41,405 bases of DNA from Sphaeroforma arctica JP610 (taxonomy: Eukaryota), in contig NW_014040485.1 of the NCBI RefSeq assembly GCF_001186125.1, positions 38,214 through 79,618 on the forward strand. Direction: 5' to 3'. Each line of letters starts with the position of its first letter. The first letter of the stretch is position 1. The translations under genes were made by a program, and so were the position numbers. The notes beneath the pieces are model-generated. The model was not told the origin of the DNA, made no database searches, and saw nothing but the letters and a program-made list of their open reading frames with translations. Positions 34,530 through 41,405 of this stretch are shown in pieces.

Positions 34530-35060
34530 TAGAGTCAGTGAATCACTCAGAGTCAAAGGCTCCGTCTCTCAGACTCTCAGTGTCCGGTCTACTACTCTCT
34601 CTCTGAGCGACAGAGAAACTCGCCCGCTCTCAAGTCTCAGGCCATAGGGCACAGGGCACAGGGCACAGGGCCTCAGGCCTTCAGCCCTCAGACTCCTCAG
34701 AGCCTCAAGCTTAGGCCCAGGCGGTGTCTCTGCAGTCTGTAGTCTGCAGTCTACGTGAGCGGTGAGGCCCTGAGACTGCGGTCTCAGGGCTTGAGCCTGG
34801 AGAGTTGAGGCCTGAGGACGAGGATCTGAGGCCAAAGCCGTTCTATGGCCTGAGCCTTCTGAGGCCTGAGCCTTCGGCCTCCCAGACCCAGAGAGTCTGA
34901 CTCACTGAGTCTCTGAAACTGGAGCCTGGAGCCTGGAGCCTGGAGGTCGAGAGTCGAGAACGCGAGACTCACGATTAGTGTCACACACAAGAGAGAGTGT
35001 GTCTGTCGTCGTTGTCAGTCACGGTCACTCGGTCAGTGTCGAGTGTCGACTGCTCAACTG
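34530..35060. promoter_or_regulatory. GC-rich, ApT-poor low-complexity island upstream of FAS (putative promoter region)
   Basis: CTCAG/CTGAG/GAGTC words, (GGGCACA)3, (CTGGAGC)3, 10-bp hairpin at 34767-34790; AT-rich DNA on both sides; ~0.9 kb upstream of the FAS ATG. Regulatory role is inferred from position. Confidence 0.4.
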
Positions 35061-36649
35061 TTATGCTGTTTTTTACTAAAAAAACGACGAACGGACGACG
35101 TCCGCGACGATTATACTATTTTGGATTTTCGAGAAGCGACATCGCCACAACTCAGCCGCAGGCCGCAAGCCGTTATTTCGGTACATATTTATATATTTAT
35201 TTGATGATTTTAAAACTTTTTTAGGCAGGTTCGGGCCGCGTGGGCGGCTCGGCTCTCTAATTTATTTAAATTTTCAAGAAAACAGCTAAAATACGATTAT
35301 GATATGATATGGTAGTTGGTACTGTAATGGAACGCTTCGGAAGTTTGGCGGCTTCTCCTAATCGGCGCATTCGGCCGGCATTGTTCAATGTTCAGCCTTC
35401 AGAGTATAAAAAAAAAATTTGTCAACAACAATCCTTTTTTCTTTTAAAAAACGTTTGCATTTCTAGTTGTCTACTCCAATAATAGAGAACTTTATATATG
35501 CAGCTAAATACACTCGCATACATTGCAATACAATCTGGTCCTCTACTAGGTACTATTTAATTTTGGAATACGAGGTTAACTTTATTTTAAATTAGGTATA
35601 AATTGCGCAGAATAATACCGTCTGCTTGCACTATTGTTTTTCAGCGTTCGCAAGTGACATTCAATAGAAACAAACTGCGTGTATACTGCTCTTACGTCAT
35701 TGGCATCTGCACATTATCCTGGCATCACAATACTGTGCGAGCGTGAGTAGCATCTACGAATGGGGCAAGGTTGTCTTTACATTGAGACTATTGAGTCAGA
35801 GAGATCAATAGAGTTGCATACTTCATATTTAATGCGAATATATTCTGTTGAACTACTTAACCATTTGATCACTCTTCCAAGTATATCGATTTTTTTTCAA
35901 ATCCGGACACATTGAAAAAATATAAAGCTACTGCACAATATTCGAGATAGATTTGATATGATATATTAGCGGAAGTGCATAGTTGCAACCCAGAAGTAGT
36001 GCTATACAATCTTGTTGTGTTCACCGTGACTCGCTATTATTTCCTCAACGTGCGTTGGAAAAAATCCTAACAAAGTCAGTGCCATGATGTTAAGCAACTG
36101 TAAAAAACGACATAGCGTGGCATTGAACTACCGTACTTCATCGTCGAAAAAGCATTGACATACATGAGATGCACTCGCTATATCATAGAGCATTTATGCG
36201 CTATGCAAGCAGTATTTTCGGACTATGTAGTTGTATTCTTACTGAACGCGTGAGCATGAAATCAGTGAGATTTCTCAAAGTCTCAATATTAAATATTTAC
36301 ACTATTTATTTGTATTTGGTAGAGAGAGTCTACTAAATAGAGTCTACTAGAGAGAGAGAGACTAGAGAGTAGACTCCTGATATATTATAAAAAAAGATTT
36401 CTCGAGATGCAAGATAGCCTAGATAGGGCTTATGGCTTTTTGGGGGTTCAAAATGTATTGCAGAATTTGCAGTCGAGGTCTTGATTTACTTGAAGTATGG
36501 AACTGGATTCCGGACTTATAAAAATGTAGTATCAACGTACATACAGTCATACCTCTGAATATGTTCAGTTCCCGGGATTGGCAAATATTTTGACAAAGAG
36601 GTAAGACAAGTCTGGGTCAGTTTCATACCATCAGGTTCGGGGTCCAGCC

Positions 36650-37388
36650 TATGGGAGTATGGGTCACACCAGGAGGAATTCTAGGCGCTCTCGTTAAATA
36701 CTCCTTCCCTTTCGTCTGACATACACTAAAACCAGCTTCTCTAATCTTTACTGACCCACTCAATCAAACGCTTCTCGAGTTTCTCGATATTTCTTTTTTG
36801 CATGTACCTCATTAGACTGACTGAGTATCTTCTCTCCGGACTCCATGAACCTTCTTATCCCCTACGATAGTTGTCTTTCCATGATAGGTCTAAGCTGTAT
36901 TCCGCTTTCTAGATTGTACGCACGATGACACCTTTATCTTTGTTTGTTAGATTGATACTTTTTGTTGTATTGGAGCTCACCTTTAACAATACTGTCTGTT
37001 TATATGTTTTCTTCTTCTTACCAACAGTGAGCTTATCTATTATCATACTAGATACTCCTTTCATACTAGACGGTACATCCTGCTTGTGCGTCGACTGTGG
37101 TTTCGATCCGCCTGGTTCACTCGTTGTAGGTGCGTTTTGTGTCAATTCGTCTGGCTCTGTCTGTCTGTTATTAGTGAAACCAGACTCCCACATGTCATTC
37201 GGTGGCTGGCATTTATCTGCAGACAGCCAGTAACCGATTGAATTTGAGCTATACCCCTCACCAAGATGCACGCCACAAAAGGCATGCATACCTCGATCGC
37301 AACCAGCACATTTGTGTACACCGTCCACTGGGTGCGTTGTAGTGCATCCTTTCGCACAACAGCGTTCACCACTAGAAGTGTCTCCCAT
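36650..37388 (-). pseudogene. Decayed transposon-like ORF: Cys/His Zn-finger N-terminus followed by frameshifted CENP-B/pogo-type HTH remnants
   Basis: ORF 37388-36909 has CCAKGC...HKCAGCDRGMHAFCG..GEGY; past the TAG, fragments in shifting frames read ..EKILSQSNEVHAKKKYR / KLEKRLIEWV / KIREAGFSV, which resemble Tc5/pogo HTH consensus by eye. Confidence 0.45.
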
Positions 37389-37655
37389 CAGGATCTATTG
37401 TAGTACGTACTCTAGTGTATGTATTGTAGATAAAGCTACCGTCGGAGGTGAAAGGTGACATGAAACCCTCCAAGAGCAGGCTGCAGGACCGGCCTAAAAA
37501 GACCTGACTCATATATAGGGGGTTAGAAATTGGACATATAAAGAGGTAGACACTTTAAAGAGGTGGACATATAAAGAGGTATGACTGTAGTGGACTTCTG
37601 AAATATGAGGACTGCTGGACTGGAGCCTCTCTCTCTCTCTGTAGAGAGAGAGAGA

Positions 37656-37920
37656 GACTTGTCTATCAACTATGCTACCCGGTTTTTTGCCCAATTGGGC
37701 TGCCATCTCTTTTGAGCCTCATCCATAGGATCATAAGGGTCTAACTTTATGGACACGGGACCGCTGAGGGTTTTTGAATAATTGTTCCTAAAATATGATT
37801 GGCTATTCAAAACAGACTATTACTAGCATCTAAGAGGCAAAATCCTCTGTGCGAAGACCCGCTCAATTGGGCTAAAATAGCACAATTGGGCGGATGGGTA
37901 GGATAGAGTATAGACATGTC
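37656..37920. mobile_element. MITE-like element with imperfect terminal inverted repeats
   Basis: Left GACTTGTCTATCAACTATGCTACCC..GCCCAATTGGG versus reverse complement of the right end GACATGTCTATACTCTATCCTACCC..GCCCAATTGTG; extra subterminal CAATTGGGC copy; no ORF. Confidence 0.55.
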
Positions 37921-39790
37921 TAGAAAGTAGACGTGGTAGAGAGAGAGCCTGGTGGCCTGCTGCGGCTGGAACCTGCCAAGTGCCAGCCTGGACTCGGGAC
38001 TCCTCTGGAGCCTGATAGGTTAGAACTTAACGGGGACTGGATGTAAAATTGTATTTACAAAAATATAAAGAGAATGTGGAAAAGTTTACAAGTCAGAAAA
38101 ATGATAAAGGAGGCTATGTAAATAAATAGACCGCCGGAATTTGGTATTTCATGTTTTTTTTAGTATCTTTTTTTTTTGCCAAAATCTTTTTTTTAAATTT
38201 GTGTTTTTAAAAACAAAATACTCACAGTTTAGTTTTAAAAAAATTGGGTCCAGAGAGAAAAATGTATTTTTGAAAAACTTTTTGCCCAAAAAAAAGTACA
38301 ATTTAGAAGGCTATGAAAAAAAGATAGAAAAGGGCTTGAGTTTCTTCAAAATACATAGGAGCCTCTGATTAAATAGAGAGTAGACTCTCCCCCTGTGGCC
38401 TGTGGAGGACCCCCGGTGCGAAGAAACTTTTTTTTAATGAAAACATTTCAAAATATAAAAAAACAACTATGTATTTCAGGTAGATAATTAAAAATTTGCC
38501 CCCAATTTTATAAAATAAATATTATTTTTACTTTTTTTTATATTTAGATCGCTGGATCGGGTAAGTCAAGCGGAGTCACGTCACACGACTCACATTCTAC
38601 AGACTTCACTTTGAGTCACGACCTCACGATGGTCGATGGGTCCAGTAACGCTGTGACGGTGTGTGAGTTGTGAGTCTGTCTTCTTGTGACGGTGAGAGTG
38701 TGAGACTGTGAGACTGTGAGACTGTGAGTCTTCAGTCTTGAGCCTCATTGAGGTGTGTAAATAAATAAAAATTGTCATCAGTGATCACTGATCAGTGCTA
38801 TGTAAGTGTCTCTGTCATATGTGGCGCTGTGACCGGTGACGGACTGACGGGCCACGCTCAAATCTCCATGGCCTCCCAAAAAGACTGTACAATAAAATCA
38901 AAAATAGCCTTTGCGTGCCATTTTAGGTGGTGTCGTTCAGAACATGGAACTCTGAGAGTGATTTGATCTTTTGGTTGGATACCAAATTGATATATTGCTC
39001 ATTGATGTAACACATTTATTATTTGGTAAACACTTCTTGGCAATTGGCATTCGGCACTTGGCAGTACTCGTGAGTCCTGACTCGACATTTGGTGTATACA
39101 CAGAAGTGACACCTGGGGTCTGTGACAGTGCAGTGAGGGCACAACAGTGACAACTGACAAGCGACAACACACCGGAAGAGTCAAGGTCAACAATAATAAA
39201 ACGTTTAACTTTTTTAATTTGACAAGCAATTAGAAAAGACGTCATGGATCATTTCTGCTTTCTATATCAGTGTATCTGTACAACAGAGATAAACACCAAA
39301 TGTAATTTATCGGAAAGCTAAATACACTCCCCACCAGTCACCGCTACACAATGTATCTGCCGTATCCAGCATCGGCCTACACTTCCCCAGTCCACACCAA
39401 AGCTGGAGCCACCAATATAGCAAGATTATTTGACTCCGTCGGTGTCAAATTGGGTACTGGCCCCACCGCATGGTTGAAGTGTCAAATTTGGGAACGGACA
39501 CATGGTTAAAAAATAATCAGTAGAAGAACATACAAACACAGGAGAACACACACACACACAATCTGTGTTCATTGCTGTTATATACTAATTACTGTGGGCA
39601 TTTTTGCTAACTACAGATATGACATCTATGTCAGACCCCTCGAACGGGGTCTGTAATATGGCAAGTCCTAATATTATCTCAGTGAGACTAGCGTCTACAC
39701 TGGAGAAGAATCTGCACTCTCCAACGGAATGTATGAAGCAGTCAGTGTGTAACTATATTTGGCAACTGTAGATTTCTTTCACTTATAAAA

Positions 39791-39840
39791 GCTATGTGTG
39801 TGTGCGGATGTGTGTGCCTCTCTCTTTCTGCCTCTGTATA

Positions 39841-39878
<38 letters not shown>

Positions 39879-39910
39879 TTTATGTGTGTGTATATACATA
39901 TATATATATA

Positions 39911-39959
<49 letters not shown>

Positions 39960-40011
39960 GTATGTAAAGATATATATGTATATATGTACATATATGTATA
40001 TGTATATATAT

Positions 40012-40052
<41 letters not shown>

Positions 40053-40210
40053 TTATATATATATTATTTAAATATTTGTACATATATTATTATTTTATTA
40101 ATATTTTTATATATTATTTTATTTTATTTATATTTGTATATATATTATTATATTATATACAATTTGTATATATTGTTAAATTATTTATATTTGTATATAT
40201 ATTTAAATTG
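39791..40210. repeat. Compound (TG)n/(TA)n microsatellite and extreme AT-rich tract
   Basis: Alternating TG and TA runs, then a nearly pure A/T tract. Confidence 0.95.
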
Positions 40211-40828
40211 TATTTTTATACCCAAAAATGCAACTATAGACGTTGTCATGGTTTATAAAAGTGGTACTGGCCATTTTCTACACACTGAACTCATAGTTAA
40301 TCAAGAGGTGTACCGACGGGTCCCGTGGGCGGATCTACGATAGTCTAGTGTGGATAGATGGTGGTACATACAAGATACAAGCTTCGAGAACGGGGTCTGT
40401 AGGATATTGTCGACATCATCCTATATGCCTAGAAGGCCACCTCTACTAGAGATTATATGAACTTACTAATAAAGTGAATAAAAGTACACGTAAATAGTAA
40501 ATACATTATATATACTTTATTTACTTCCCTATGAGAGACTCGTCAGAGGAGTTTTGTTGAGTAAATACAGATGGATTTATACTTAAAATAATATCAATAT
40601 GTATCATGCACATAGGTATCGGCAATCTGCCAATCTGCTTTGCCATAATGCCATATATTATTTCCCAAATTTCCGAAGAGGTTTTCTATTGGCGATACAA
40701 ATGTGCAAGATCTGTAATAGTAAAAACTAAAAAACTATATATGTCCGATATGTCGAGCTTCACCTTTTTAACCTTGTGGCTTCTTGCATGCACGTTGCAA
40801 ATTTCCATAGTCGGATAAAGATTATAAG

Positions 40829-40982
40829 ATGACGGGTTTCGTATACGAGCCTAGCGTGAACGTTATCCGTGTATCTACCGTTGTTGCGTTTTTATGTCTA
40901 TTAGTGACGAGTATCATTACGCAAGCGATTGGACCGAACAACGCACAAGTGTCCAACGAATACCCCACACTCATAACTCCAG
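40829..40982 (+). CDS. First coding exon of a probable small membrane protein (TspO/MBR-like 'YPTLITPA' type); gene continues beyond the window
   Basis: ATG with A at -3; hydrophobic helix STVVAFLCLLVTSII, then NAQVSNEYPTLITP ending at a CAG|GTATGA donor; resembles the S-x-x-YPT-x-x-TPA-x-x-AFSIW motif of that family (downstream part not visible). Confidence 0.5.
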
Positions 40983-41405
40983 GTATGACTACACTTGATC
41001 TGGCTTTGTAACTCTATATGTCCCTCTATTATGTGTTGTGCAATGTGTTTCCCTTGCACAGAATCGATACCAGGGTCCAACTTAATATATAACATATGTT
41101 GATCGCGACCAAGAACGTTTGATAGAATAGTTTAGAGTCCAGTCGTTGATGCGTGAAGTTGTAAGAATGTGCAATCTAGAACAACTACCATGCACGCGTT
41201 GTATACTATGTATAATAACACGCGTACTTAATTTGATTTTTATATGAGCGTCACTAGATGTCTCACAGGGTATTCAATCTAGATTATACATGCATATATA
41301 CATACAAACATACAAGCATACATATATCCATAAGTGTATACATATAAAACACATGTCCATACATACATGCTTACATATATCTATATATCTGTTTATATAT
41401 ATATA

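Noticed and set aside
34569..35224. Short ORFs in the GC-rich island
   Set aside because: Low-complexity sequence with few stops; no coding signature
39632..39653. Hairpin CAGACCCC-tcgaac-GGGGTCTG (right arm repeated near 40388) as a Helitron end or terminator
   Set aside because: No CTRR terminus at the expected distance and no other element hallmarks; too short to support a call
39779..40343. YI/CV/HT-repeat ORFs
   Set aside because: Translations of dinucleotide microsatellites

Overview
Eukaryotic, intron-rich genomic window. About 26.5 kb (33598->7106, minus strand) is one gene that I traced exon by exon: 64 coding exons, all GT-AG, every splice phase consistent, 12,579 nt, about 4,192 aa. 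It encodes a fungal-type (yeast FAS1+FAS2-like) type I fatty acid synthase made as a SINGLE chain, in the order AT-ER-DH-MPT-ACP-ACP-KR-KS-PPT. It has two divergent tandem acyl carrier domains, each bounded by phase-1 introns, and Val at the KS 'gatekeeper' Met position. Left flank: a 211-bp direct duplication, a (TA)n tract and assembly gap, a dead IS630/Tc1-type DDE transposase, and a convergent Ser/Thr/Arg-rich hypothetical gene. Right flank: ApT-poor quasi-palindromic islands, a decayed Zn-finger + CENP-B/pogo-like ORF, a MITE-like inverted repeat, microsatellites, and the first exon of a probable small membrane protein. The intron style suggests a unicellular opisthokont (e.g. an ichthyosporean) rather than a yeast, but that is inference only.
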